In this document: piece after piece, positions 12,651-24,859 of the stretch
How positions within the stretch are numbered: position 1 is the first letter of the stretch
Layout: each line of letters starts with the position of its first letter
Origin: Mobula hypostoma
Taxonomy: Eukaryota
Length of the DNA stretch: 64,000 bases
Reading direction: 5' to 3'
NCBI RefSeq assembly: GCF_963921235.1
Contig: NC_086097.1
Span: forward strand, 138,014,001 to 138,078,000
Position numbers and translations under genes: made by a program
Notes under the pieces: model-generated
The model's database searches: none
The model's input: the letters and a program-made list of their open reading frames with translations, nothing else
Told to the model about the DNA's origin: nothing

Positions 12651-13564
12651 GTGGTAATGAGTAAGTTCTGGGATAATATTGATGCAAGTAGTAAGCCCAC
12701 CCCCACACCCAGCAGTGGAATGATACATCTTCTTCATAACTTCAGCAATCAACTGAACATCGATCTGTTTTGTGGGATTTGTCCATTGATGATTCTTTCG
12801 AGATAACTTGGCAATGAATAATGAATCAGAATTGCCTGGGAAGCTATGGCTTGCTGTGCAGGATTTGGTATAACCTCTCACAGGTATCTAACCTGCAAGA
12901 ATAGAAACAGATTAATTTTTACTTTGAAATAACAGAAATTTGGAGAATGTTAACCGTGCCTGGAGGACAGAGGAAACGTTCTCAACCTCTTAGTTGCAAG
13001 AACGCAAGAAGGTCCTGTTCCAAAGTTTATTTAAAAGAAATATATCTGCTCTATTCTCTCCATGACGTTTAATAAAAAAAATAAATAATTTGCTTAGGCT
13101 TGTTTAAACCAGGAAGATGGAGGATGAAGAGTCGGTGAGGTCCTTAAATATCCCTAATCTGAGCAGAGCATAGGCACCAGGGTTGTGCTGAGGTATCCCA
13201 GGAGCACTGCAGCTGTTGGCAGTGTCCAATAAGACAGGTCAGCCTTTAACATATCTCGAAGCAGAGTTATTCAAAACACATAAAACCTATGCTTGTTATA
13301 TAACATGAAAAGAGATTTCCCCTCCCATTTGTTCTGTGTCAATTCACAATGCCTCTGTTTATCCACAGATTTCAACATCTGGAAACAATAATGATTATGG
13401 GGATGGCCATTGAAGGAATCCTTCAGTGACTGACGGTGAGGGCCATCTGTGCATCTCTGCAGTCTTCCAGGTTAGACGGCAGCAGGTGAGACCTTCAAAG
13501 CAGAACAGTTTCTGGTCAAGGCAAGGCCAAAGCTGAAAGTCCCTGAGCTTGTTTGGAGCTGTTC

Positions 13565-13710
13565 AGGGGTGCAGCAGGGAGTGCTCCTGCCTCACGGCTT
13601 CCGCGACCCAGGTTCGATCCTGACCGTTGTCAGTGTGGGATTTGCTCTTTCTCCCTGTTTCCCCCAAGTACTATGGTTTCCTCCCAACTCCCAAAGACCT
13701 GCCAGTTGGG
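13565..13710 (+). mobile_element. tRNA-derived V-SINE (HE1-like)
   Basis: B-box-like GGTTCGATCC followed by the V-domain-like GGTTTCCTCCCAACTCCCAAAGAC. Confidence 0.7.
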
Positions 13711-14232
13711 ATGTATAGGAAAGATGTGGAGGCTTTGGAGAGAGTTCAGAAAAGGTTCACAGGATGTTGCCTAGATTGGAGAGTGTTAGCTAGAAGAAGA
13801 AGTTGTATACACTTGGATTGTTTCTCTGGAGAATAGGAGGCTGAGGGGGACTTTATAGAAGATTACAAAATTATAAGAGCCATGGAAGGGGTAAATAGTC
13901 AGAGTCATTCTCCCAGCATGGAAAAATGAAATACTGGAGAGCATATGTTTCAGTTGAGAGGGGTGCTGTTTAAAGGAGATTTACAAGGCTGGTTTTTCAA
14001 CACAAAGACAGCTAGGCACCTGGAAGGCACTGCCAGGTGAGGTGGTAGAATCGGATATGATAGCAACATTTAATGGGCATTTAAACAGGCATATGAACAA
14101 GCAGAAGATGGGGGGAGATGGACCATTTTCAGACAAGTGTGATTGTTAGATTAGCATCATGGCTAACCCAGTTACAGTGGGCCGAAGAGCCTGCCCCTGT
14201 GTGGTACTATTCTATGTTCTATGTGTTCTATG
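13710..14232 (+). mobile_element. CR1 LINE 3' fragment
   Basis: YRKDVEALERVQKRFT; tail ttctatgttctatgtgttctatg. Confidence 0.85.
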
Positions 14233-15090
14233 AAATAATCCACCTATCTTTAATAGAATTCCTTTGCTTCCCCCAGGCTCTGTCTTCATTCTTTCCCTGG
14301 GTGTTACATCGTCCTCTTCACTGCTGTACCTGAATTTATCTGGATAAAAGAGGCTGCAGATGCTAGGACATGGAACCAAACGCCTGAACAAAATGACGCA
14401 AAGTCTTGATCCAAAACATTGTGCATCCTTTTACCTCCACAGGTGCTGTTTGACCCCATTGAGTTCATCCAGACTTTACCTTTTTCTCTCTCTGGCCCCA
14501 TTTCTGATTCTCAACCTTTCAGTAGTACCATCCCCCCCATCCCTCCCTTCCTTGCCTCTTGCTGCTTGCGTACATCCTACTGTGGGACTTTGCTGGATTG
14601 ACTGCAATAATCCCCCTGACATTTGACCGGCATGGATTCAATGTCATGTCTTCTGTTATTTTAAAGAACACAAGAGTTTAAGTATACACAGGATCTGTGA
14701 GGTTGACTTTGGCACTCTTTAACCAAGGGGCAAGTGGCAAGTGTTGGAGGAATGTGGCTTTTTCAAATCACACTTCATCAGACCAGAGGGATCTCACCCT
14801 CTACAATTCTTCCATGTTTTAGTCAAAACCAATTCACGGAACGTCCTGTTGTTATTACAGTGCTGACAACTCATCGCGGATGTTGAGTGATGTTATTTAA
14901 TGTGAATTTGTTTTTTTTTAAATAATGGTTCCTCTAACTTCAATTGCTCCACAGGGCTAGGATCTCAACGACCAAACTGTCAGTCAAGCCACACACCGGG
15001 CGCTGATGGGAAACGGTTGGTTCTAGCTGCTATTTGTGAAGCAGGAACCATCCTATTACTAGGATTATTGCTGTTATTATTGTAATTAAT

Positions 15091-15425
15091 TTACTTTTTC
15101 TCTCAGCTCACCTGGTAAAATCAGAGGTACGGACATAGCCAAGCACACTCATATGTCAATTGCTAGGAACTTTTGGATTATTCTAGTGGTGTTTAGTATT
15201 TTGGCTTTCTGGAGATTTACACAGACATTGCTGTGTAGCCCTAATTGTTTGATGTTATTGGGTAGTGACTTTGGGATGATACCAGTTGTAGATACAACTA
15301 TTGGGACAATGTATACCCTGTTCATGTTCCACAGTCTTTCAATTTCCTTTTTCAATTCAGCATATTTCTGGAGTTTTACACTTATTGATTTCTGTAAGTT
15401 ACAGTATGTGTAGTTGGAATGGCTC
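15091..15425 (-). mobile_element. R4/Dong-clade non-LTR retrotransposon 3' fragment (restriction-like endonuclease C-terminus)
   Basis: AIP../NLQKSISVKLQKYAELKKEIERLWNMNRVYIVPIVVSTTGIIPK...LQKAKILNTTRIIQKFL. Flanked by (TTA)5 at 15426-15440 and degenerate TTA repeats at 15065-15090. Confidence 0.75.
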
Positions 15426-15440
15426 TTATTATTATTATTA

Positions 15441-15780
15441 GGTGGTGCAGTAGGGTAGCGATTAGTGAAATCACATTACAGTGCCAACAATCATCAATCA
15501 GGGCTTGATTACCACCACCATCTGTAAGGAATTTATACATCCTCCCTGTGACCAGGTGGGTCTCCTCCACCTGCTTTGGTTTCCTCCCACATTTCAAAGA
15601 TACATGGTTGGCTTTAGGGTTAGTGCATTGTGGGCATACTATGTTGCCGCCGGAAGTATGGCAGCACTTGTGGGCTATCGCCAGTGCAATTCTTGGACTC
15701 TGTTGGTCATTAATGCAAAATTACTGCATTTCACAATGTTTCTATGTACATGTGACAGATAAGGCTAATCATCTTTAATC
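15441..15780 (+). mobile_element. V-SINE with LINE-like tail
   Basis: tRNA-like head, TTTGGTTTCCTCCCACATTTCAAAGA V-domain, tail ...gtacatgtgacagataagg. A related copy lies on the minus strand at ~44245-44530. Confidence 0.7.
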
Positions 15781-15784
15781 ATCA

Positions 15785-16024
15785 TGTAACTCCAAAACAT
15801 AAAAACTAATCAAAATAAAAACAAGGCCATCCAGAATAATGTATCTAACTTGGTGTTGACTTTAAGTGAGGTGCGCATGTATGACGTAGTGGTGTAATGA
15901 CGTATGCCATTCACATACTTTTTCAGAATACGCACGATGCATTCTGTGAGCAACAAAGAATGCTTAATCAATCAATATAATTACAACATTACTCAAACAT
16001 TACTGAAATGTTAAATACACAACA
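15785..16024 (-). mobile_element. 3' LTR of the Gypsy element
   Basis: 240-bp segment with TG...CA termini (TGTAAC...CAACA), next to a purine-rich AGGAG and the pol C-terminus (RYYPSRVRNP.....LNL) on the minus strand. Confidence 0.65.
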
Positions 16025-16403
16025 CTCCTGAGCTATACACTCCAACTCAATATATATGTTATAATATATAACCCAACTACTATATAGACATCCACAGCAT
16101 AGTAAATTTTAAATTGATTTAGATTTAATCATTGCAGAGGATTCCTTACTCTTGAGGGATAATATCTTTCTTGACGAGGGTGTCACTCTGCTTGGCAGTT
16201 GAGACTTGTGGCTATGAAAAGATCCTGGGTTCTGGGGCCTCTCCACGGTGGCTGTAGGGGCTGACTCTGAGACTGCAGAAGCAGTTCCGACAGCTCTGGA
16301 TACCCTTCTTCTGGGTGTATTGACATCCCAAAAAGTGTCTGGCAAGGTTCACTGGATGATGTGGATCATAATATGTGAGTACAGACTCGGACATCGCCAT
16401 TTC

Positions 16404-17754
16404 ACCGCCAATTCACTTGGTCTATCTCGGAACTCAAATTCGCTTGGTCTATCTCGGACACTTCTCTCCCCTTTCTCGATCTCTCGGTCTCCATTTCTGG
16501 AGACAGACTGTCCACTGACATATTCTACAAGCCCACTGACTCTCATAACTACCTCAGCTATACCTCTTCCCAACCCGCGACATGCAAAAATGCCATTCCC
16601 TATTCCCAGTTCCTCTGCCTCTGCCGCATCTGCTCCCAGGATGAGGCCTTCTGTTCCAGGACATCTCAAATGTCCTCTTTCTTTAAGGATCGTGGTTTCC
16701 CTTCTGCTGTCATTAATGATGCCCTCACCCGCATCTCCTCCATTTCCTGCACTTCGGCCCTCACCCCATCCTCCCAACACCACAACAGAGACAGAGTTCC
16801 CCTTGTCCTCACCTACCACCCCACCAGCCTCCAGATCCAGCACATTATCCTCCGCAACTTCCGCCACCTTCAACAGGACCCCACCACTAAGCACAGCTTT
16901 CCCTCTCCACCCCTCTCCACTTTCTGCAGTGATCGTTCCCTCCGCGACTCCCTGGTCCACACGTCCCTCCCCACGGATCTCCCACCTGGCACTTATCCCT
17001 GTAAGCGTACGTGCTGCACCTGCCCCTACACCTCCTCCCTTGCCACCATTCAGGGCCCCAAACAGTCCTTCCAGGTGAGGCAACACTTCACTTGTGAGTC
17101 TGTTTGGGTCATCTATTGCATCCGGTGCTCCCGGTGCGGCCTCCTCTACATCGGTGAAACCCGATGCAGATTAGGGGACCGCTTCGTCGAGCACCTCCGC
17201 TCCGTCTGCCACAACAGACAGGATCTCCTGGTTGCCACCCACTTCAACTCTGCTTCCCATTCCCATTCGGATATGTCCATACATGGCCTCCTCTACTGCC
17301 ATGATGAGGCTAAACTCAGGTTGGAGGAGCAACACCTCATATTCCGTCTGGGTAGTCTCCAGCCCCTTGGTATGAACATAGAATTCTCCAACTTCCGGTA
17401 ATTCCCTCCCCCTCCCCCAGCTGCCTATCACCTCCCTCATGGTTCTGCCTCCTTCTACTACCCATTGTGTTTTCCCCTATTCCTTCTTCACCTTTCCTGC
17501 CTATCACCTCCCTGCTTCCCCTCCCCCACCCCTTTATCTTTCTCCTTACTGGTTTTTTACCCGGAACCTTCCAGCCTTCTCCTTCCCACCCCCCCCACCT
17601 TCTTTATAGGGCCCCTGCCCCCTCCCTTTTCAGTCCTGATGAAGGGTTCCAGCCCGAAATGTTGACTGGTCATTTCCATGGATGCTGCCCGAGTTCCTCC
17701 AGCGTGTTGTGAGTGTTGCTTTGACCCCAGCATCTGCAGAGTATTTTGTGTTTT
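16404..17754 (+). mobile_element. Penelope-like retroelement (Neptune-like), 5'-truncated: RT C-terminus, GIY-YIG endonuclease and 3' terminal repeat
   Basis: Open frame ~16430-17401: LKFAWSISDTSLPFLDLSV...TDIFYKPTDSHNYL...IPYSQF...RICS, cysteine linker PCKRTCCTC, VIYCIRCSRCGLLYIGET...RFVEH...VATHF...GMNIEFSNFR*. CCATTTC is duplicated at 16397-16403 and 17755-17761. Confidence 0.93.
17632..17667 (+). ncRNA. Decayed minimal hammerhead ribozyme motif in PLE 3' repeat
   Basis: AGTC-CTGATGA-A-GGGT-TCCA-GCCC-GAAATGTT-GACT. Core boxes and stems I/II are present; the stem III palindrome and cleavage site are mutated. Confidence 0.7.
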
Positions 17755-20464
17755 CCATTTCCTTTACCTTTTGGAAAGGCACATCACACTGCTTTGTCCA
17801 ATATCATTTTTTTTCTTATCTGTAGTGATGAGTGCAAGGGGTGGAGCTCAGTAGCCAGGTTTTGAGGGAACATGTTATAGTAATTGACAAAACCCTTCCT
17901 TTGGTTTGGAGCATCCACCACTTCTTGAATTTTCTCAGCATACTTGTGTGACCATAGTAAGAGATGCTTTATAGTCATATATATCACTTTGTGAGTGTTA
18001 ACGGTGAGAAACACTTTGGACTCTTCTTCCATCTCCATCTGTAGGTGGGCCTCAGCTTAGTCCACTTTGCTGAAGTGTTTCTCTCCAGAAAGGTTTGCAA
18101 AGATACCTTCTATCCTGGACAAAGGGCATTGATCTACTTTCAGTACCGGGTTGATGGTGACCTTAATATCATCACAGACCCATTCTTCTTAGCACTGGGA
18201 TCACTGGCATTGCCTAGGGGCTCCACTCATCCTTGGAAAGAATTCCTTCAGCCTCCATGTGATCTAGCTCACAGGCTTCTTTATCATGGATGGTTTAAGG
18301 AACCAGACGGGCTTTGTAAAACTTGGGTGTGGAATCTTCATTTAACACTATTTTACCCTAGATATGTTTGAGTTTTCCAATGCCATCCTTGAACACTGTC
18401 GTAGCATCATCCAGTACCTTCTTTGATTTGCTTCCAGTTGGCGCTATTACAGAGGATATGACATGCAAATGGTAGATGGATCTCCAATCAAGTTGTAGTT
18501 ATCTCAACCACTCATAACCTCACATTGCTGGCCCTCTTGTTTTTAAGACATACAAGCCCACTTTTTCTTGTTGGTTTTTGTATTTCACTGTTATGAATGT
18601 CATTCCCACAGGAGTTACCTTTTCTTCTGTATAAGTTCTTAACAATACATCTACAGGCTTCAATTCAATATCTTTTAAATGCCATTCAAACTCACTTTGT
18701 GGAATGACTGAAACCTCCAAGCCAGTGTCCAATTCCATTTTAATTAATTTGCTGTTCACTTCTGACGTAAGTCATCTTTCTATCTATTGTTAGTTTTCAC
18801 ACTTTAAATCTCAAGGCTACTCAGTCCTATGTCACTCTCATCATTATCCGATGTTTCAATAACAGCGTGCAGATTAGTGCTCCTTTTGAAACTGCAACCT
18901 GACTTTTAAAAAAATCTTTTTCTCTTTCCTGTGCAGTTCATTTCTTTTTGTCTGCCCGAAATACTCTTTGTACGTGTCCTACTTTGTTGCATTTTCTGTA
19001 AGTTTTGCCTTTACACCTGTATTGGTCTGCTGTATGTGAGGCCCTGCCACAACGGCAAGCCAATTTGTCTGGTCAGGCCAGTTTCCGTTTAGATGTTGCA
19101 ACTGTGTTCACACTCACTCCCATTCCTGACTGCAGCTCAATTGTGTCGCTATCTGCTGTCTCAGAGGATTGTATATGATTGCATGTATGTACTTTGACAA
19201 TAAATTTACTTTGTTCTTTGCATCTGTTTTCTGACTGGCCATGGGAAGGCAAGCCTCTATAAGGGAGGTTGGTCGACCAGTGGTGGGATTGTGGGGGGGG
19301 GGGGGCGGTGGGCTATGGAAGAAGGAGTCATGTGATGTATCGGAGTTGGCAGCATTGCATGGAACCCAGGTTACTGATGTGCTCCCGGGACTGCTAGTTC
19401 AAAGCCCAGGGCAGCAGGTGAGTAGTGAAGCTGGAGAGTAACTGACTCACCTGCTGCTTGTTCAGAATTACATGTCAGATGCAAAAAATGTAGTGTGGGT
19501 GGACATAGTGTTGGACAGAATGAGCAGTTCACTGTGGAACCTAGGCGTGAGATGATTCCAACATGCTAAGATGGAGAACTGCACTTTCCGTGCCCCTTTC
19601 ACAAGCTCAGGACATGCCAACACTCAGCATAGTCAACGGTGCTAATGGACAAAACACAGCAGCCAACTATGCACAGCAAGATCTCCGAAGTACCAATACA
19701 ATGGTGCTTCTTTCTTGGTGAGTGACAAACGCTGTCAGTAACACAGGAGAGAGCTCTCCTGCTCGTTAAGCAGAACAGATTCACTAGAGAGGCAGCAGTT
19801 TTCTGGAATCGGACTAGTTTAACAATGGTCATCACCCCCTGTCCTGCCAACTCTCACTGGATAAGCCTCAGTTGTAAATCCCTTATCCTTGCTTTTAAAT
19901 TGCTCCCTCCTTCCCTCTGCCTCGGTCAGCCTCCTACAGCCTCCAGGATCTCTGCTTTAATCCTCTCTACTCTTCATCCCCACTTGTAGCAAAGAAATGA
20001 GCTGCTGGAAATCCCTCCTGAACCTCCCTGCTTCTTGGAGACATCCCACAAAGCAATCTCTTAAACCTGTTAGATCCCAGTGTGGTTGCTTATCAAAGGG
20101 TGGATAGCACTCCTGTGAACGTTCTTGGCCTTCCTGTGTAACAAGACAATGCTGCCGACCTTCCAGGCAGGACTATGAGCCAGCAGATGCACTGAAGCTT
20201 GGTGCAACCAACAGACTGGCTGTGCGGAAGGCCACAGTCCAGGATCCTGTTGCCTCTGGACGGTAAGGGACTGAATCCTGCGTCACAGACCCGCAGGCTT
20301 ACCGCAGGTACTTTTCTTAAAGGGAAAACATGAGCAGCAATGACGCACTGCGAAAACTCTGGTATGATAAAGATGAACTCTTGACCTTACTATCTACTTC
20401 ACCATGGCCATTGCAATTTATTTGTCTTGCCTGCACTACACTCATTTGTTACAAGTGTAACATA

Positions 20465-20745
20465 GGGGCCAGCACGTCAGTGTAGTGGTTAGCACAATGC
20501 TTTACAGTACCAGTGACCCAGATCCCACTCCTGCCGTTGTCTGTAGGAAGTTTGTACGTTCTCCCCATGACCGTGTGGTTTTCCTCCGGGTGCTCCGGTT
20601 TCCTCCCACAGTCCAAAGACATACAGGTTAGTAGGTTAATTGGTCATTGCAAATTGTCCTGTGATTAGGCAAGGGTTAAATTGGGGGAAGGGGGCTTGAA
20701 GAGCTGGAAGGGCCTATTCTGCACTCTATCTCAATAAATAAATAT
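20465..20745 (+). mobile_element. V-SINE (HE1-like) inserted into a Rex1/L2-type tail
   Basis: A-box-like GTGTAGTGGTTAGC and V-domain CCGGGTGCTCCGGTTTCCTCCCACAGTCCAAAGAC; ends in (aata)n. Confidence 0.85.
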
Positions 20746-20981
20746 TTTGCATTCCATTATTTTTCCCTTCGCACCAACTCGATGTAGTTATATATGGAAT
20801 GACCTTGCTGGATGGAACGCAAGCAAAACTTGTTCACTGTGTCTCAGCACGTGTGACAATATTGAAGCAATTACCAATTAATGATGTGCATTGGCTTGTT
20901 AGGGAAATGGTTGTACTGAATTTTCTGTAAATATTTTTCATGAGCAAAGCGTATTTTTGAACAAAAGGGAAGTCTGCTGAC

Positions 20982-21214
20982 CTGACCCCCGTGAGACGAG
21001 TTGGAGGAGGTTGTTCACGGTCTCGGCGAGCTGCCTCTGCTGCTTCTGCAGGCTGGTGTTGTTGATGGTGACCCAGCCCAGCTGCGTCTCCAGCTCACCG
21101 ATCAGGCGACTCTGCCGAAGCAGCAGGTCCTGGAGGCTCCCCCTCTCCTGCCTCAGGCTCTGCATCTCTTCCTTGTGCTGGCTTTCCATTGCCAGGAGTT
21201 TCTGCTCCAGGAAG
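20982..21214 (-). CDS. Angiopoietin exon 4 equivalent, end of coiled coil
   Basis: ctcaccatcag|C TTC CTG GAG...TCA G|gtcagc, 233 bp, phase 2/1. Translates (S)FLEQKLLAMESQHKEEMQSLRQERGSLQDLLLRQSRLIGELETQLGWVTINNTSLQKQQRQLAETVNNLLQLVSRGS. Confidence 0.94.
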
Positions 21215-22085
21215 CTGATGGTGAGTGAGGGGGGAGAGGGGGAAAAAAGCACAGCAAATCCCTGTTACTGAATCACCACAGGGAGAAAGCAGACCATCAC
21301 AAGGTTAAAGAGAACCATCTCCATTCCAGACTCAAGCTATCCCTCACCCTCAGCCAATGAGGTGCTTTCGATAATGTACTCACTCTTGTAGTACAGGCTG
21401 CACAATGGCCATTTAGTACACAGAAAGATGCCACGAACACCAACGGCCCTATAACCATCTTGGGTGATTTAATCAGGCAGTCTATATATGATCACAGAGT
21501 AAAGCCTGATCTGCCAATGAGTGACTGTGACCAATTGTAATGACCCAATGGATGGAAAGATTAAAGCAAAATTAACCCACAAAATGAACTTAATGGCAAT
21601 ATGGATAACATTGTGCAAACTGTTTTTTAACATGTCCTGGCCTATTCCGTGAAATAACAGCTGATTAGGAGCGCCATCACCTGCACTTTTCCTCCAAGTA
21701 GCACACCATTCTGACTTGGAAATATATTGCCAAACTAAACCCTGGAACTCCCTCTCCAACTCTCCCCCCTAACATACACCTTCACCAGAAGGACTGCAGC
21801 AGCTCAAGCTCACCCCTCCACCACCCTCAAGAGTAATTAGGGTGGGCAATAAATGCTGCAACTAAACAAGATTAAATGTAGAAAAGAAAAATTGTCAGTT
21901 CATGAAGGAAAATATTTTTGCTTCAATAATGAGATTAGTGTTTACTTTCTTTGCAAACGGACAGGCATGCACCATCCTGACACACATGTTCCACTCCAGC
22001 TGCTGGAAGTGATATCAATGCAATAGATCTGCAAACCACTCCCTGGTCCATCTCCTTAAGAAAAATAATAAAATGCATTTAAAGC

Positions 22086-22270
22086 CACACACACAAAGTG
22101 CTGGAGGAACTCAGCAGGTCAGGCAGCATCGATGGAAGCAAATAACAGTCAATGTTTCAGGCTGAGACCCTTCTTCAGGACTTTTCCATAGATGCTGCCT
22201 GATCTGCTGAGCTCCTCCAGAATTTTGTGTGTGTGTTACTCTGCATTTTCAGCATCTGCAGTATCTTTTC
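22086..22270. mobile_element. Inverted pair of PLE terminal fragments with a decayed hammerhead (22147-22182, minus)
   Basis: 22086-22138 and ~22184-22235 are imperfect reverse complements. The spacer reads AGTC-CTGAAGA-A-GGGT-CTCA-GCCT-GAAACATT-GACT on the minus strand. Confidence 0.8.
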
Positions 22271-24859
22271 TGTTTATAAAATGCCTTTGGATCTTTTTTC
22301 TTCAGCTGGTGACCTGGCCATTATCTTTTGATGTTTATGGGATGTTGCTCAGAACAAAGTTGGACACCTCCTCATCACCTTTCCAAAGCTGTGCTTTAAG
22401 AAGTGTTTATTGAATGGAAATTGATTGTAAGGTTCCAAGACGCAATGGAATTTGAAGATTCTCTCTTAAATGGAAGAAACTGATCTAAATGTGCAGTTTG
22501 CAGTTTCCTTTGACTCCAGGTGAACCACAGCAGAAATTAAGGCATAGCTTCAATGAATATCACAGCAGCAATGAGTCCTACCATTGAACTCAGTTCAATG
22601 TTTGGAAATGACTTTAGTGAGCAAAGCTCTCAACTGTCAAAATAATGTGCAAACTTGCTTAAGTGATCCCGGATAGGAACTGACCGTAACTGGGAAATAT
22701 CATGTTTCTCACTTTAAGGAAAACAACTGTAATTGAAGAAAATGGGGAACTTCTATCAGTGTGATTCTTGTCCAATGAAGACCAGCATGTGATAAATTTC
22801 TGCTGTGCTTCTCTATCCATTCACAAGGCAGGTTTAGGAGTATGTGACAAAGTTCTACCCTGCGTCTCAATCCATTCACAAGGTAGATGTAGGAGCATGT
22901 GACAAAGTTCTACCCTTCACGAGGCAGATTTACGTGCTTTAGTCCTGTCAAGGACACCCCAGGTCCGGTAATCTGTCCTAGCCAGCAACTTGTAACATTG
23001 AAGCAGATCTGTGGAAATCTCCCATCCCAAATAGTTGAAACAGCAGGGAGTGTAGGATACTTTCAGAGTGAACAGAAGCATAGATTAGTACTCTGTCAGA
23101 TATTTACCGGTGTTACACAGGGCTTTATTGGCTCAGATCACTGATCAATGAATGACATTAAAGCAATGAGAGAGCTTTAGAATATGATTCCTGACAAAAT
23201 TCTCCCTTCAATCCCTTCAGTCCTGATTTAAATTTCACTCAAATGATGGAATTTGCTGCAGTGGGAAGAAATTTACAGGCTGAGGCCTTCTGGCCCAACG
23301 GGCGTATGCTATAAATCTATCCCTCCGTTCTACTCCATCAGTCGACACTGCTGTTCCTTCTGGCCATTTATGTTTATCTAGTTTCACCTAAATATTCAAC
23401 ATCCCAGTGAGCCAGTCTGCAAGTGTGATATATATGCCATGGAAGAGAGCTATCCTACTGTACAGATCAGCTCAGACAGCATGCAAAGAAATTGTCCCCT
23501 TCAGCGAACTGCAAGAGCCAGGAGACGTGGGTTTAATCGGGTTCTAATGCAAGATGCAATCCGCTGTTTGGACAATTTAAACTCCGGCCCAGATAGACTG
23601 GAAAGGCAGGGTCGGGCAGGTTTCGTGCTGAGACTGTGAGAATGCCGCGGCTGCTGTGCTTTGTGTCTGCAAGTTTGCGGCAATTTTGTCTGCTAATATG
23701 ATGAACCGAGACCAAGGCTTTGGGCCTACTCTGGCCTGCTTCAGGGATTCGGATCATAGGACTCAATTTGGTTCAGAACGCTGCTGCTCACTTCCATTGT
23801 TTGCATGATCAGTGTTGTTTCTCTCTTTCGCTGCACATTGGGTGTTGGTCTTTATTTTTTTTAATTGGGTTTTTTTTCCTGGTTTCTTGCTTTGTGGCTG
23901 CCTGTAAGCAGACAAATCTCAAGGTTATATCTTCTTTGATATTAAATGTACTTTGAATCTTTTGTTTAACATCAAGGAGAGTGTGAGGAAAAGCTTTTTT
24001 ACTCAGAGTGTGGTATTGATCTGGAACTCAACGCGTGAGAACAGTCAATGGGGACCTTCGACAGAGGCACCTGGGTGAGAATAAATTTGTAGGGACGGTG
24101 AGCTAGTGAGATCTCTGATGAGATTACTTCACTCAGGGTCAGCATAGATTCAAGGACCCAGATGAATTCCCATACCATAATCTATGACCTGTTTGGGAAG
24201 TCTGGCCACACACTCTGGTAGAATGAGTCCACTTATTTACCTGTCTCACTTGGCCCCACTCTCATTGATTCAAAACCCACATCTTCTGCCCTCCCAGGCA
24301 TCAACACTGCAGGTAAAGACAACCTGTTTCAACCAATCACAATCTCTTATTCTTCCTAGTAAACCACTGGGGAATTTGCCTGTGATCAGAACACTGAATT
24401 AAATTGTTTCCTCAAGGTACAGTGGGGAAGGGGAACACTGCTATGATCGGAAAAGAGCAGTGGGAGCAGTTCGAGTGGGTGCCACATAAATAAAGTAGAT
24501 GTTAGCAGGGCTGGGGAAGGAGTAGGGGAGTAGGACTAATGAGACAGCTCAGTGAAAGGGCTGACACAAGCTTGGTAAGTCAATTGGCCTCTCTTGCACC
24601 ATGTGATTCCACAATACTGGTGGCATTAGAAGTATAATCATTAATCAACGATATCTAACCCAGTTCCTGCAGGAATCTCTGTGGCTGATGCTGGTGGGAA
24701 TAATCTTGCTTCCAATCTCCAGTTGGAATTGTCCTCCAGATTGTTCTAACATCTGTGTTCACTAACACTCTCCACAGCCTGTCACTTCTCTGTTCCTTCC
24801 AGTACCCTGCACAGTCACCAAATACACACTCCACCTTGCCACTTACAACCCCTGTCTTT

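Larger units (their letters stand above)
15785..19160 (-). mobile_element. Degenerate Ty3/Gypsy LTR retrotransposon (Mag-like), internally deleted and interrupted by a PLE
   Basis: Double zinc-knuckle remnant CRCGRASH...CNKVGHVQR (~18955-19060), protease IKMELDTG (~18720-18750), RT fragment MEMEEESKVFLTVNTHK, then WTKQCDVPFQKVKEM continuing as EMAMSESVLTYYDPHHPVNLA across the PLE. No integrase core or 5' LTR seen. Confidence 0.85.

Noticed and set aside
12700..12892. Strong minus-strand acceptor (tctattcttgcag) as a possible extra angiopoietin exon
   Set aside because: All three frames hit stops within about 50 nt, and exons 4 and 5 already join in frame. It could only be a poison exon, for which there is no evidence.
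13369..13435. Plus-strand segment with good acceptor and donor (possible antisense host-gene exon)
   Set aside because: Stops in all three frames, and no other plus-strand exons (for example MCPH1-like) were recognised.
16248..17086. 276-aa (+) and 245-aa (-) ORFs
   Set aside because: Alternative-frame and antisense shadows of the C-rich PLE coding region; low complexity with no recognisable domain.
20465..20545. tRNA gene
   Set aside because: tRNA-like SINE head followed by a V-domain, with no complete cloverleaf.
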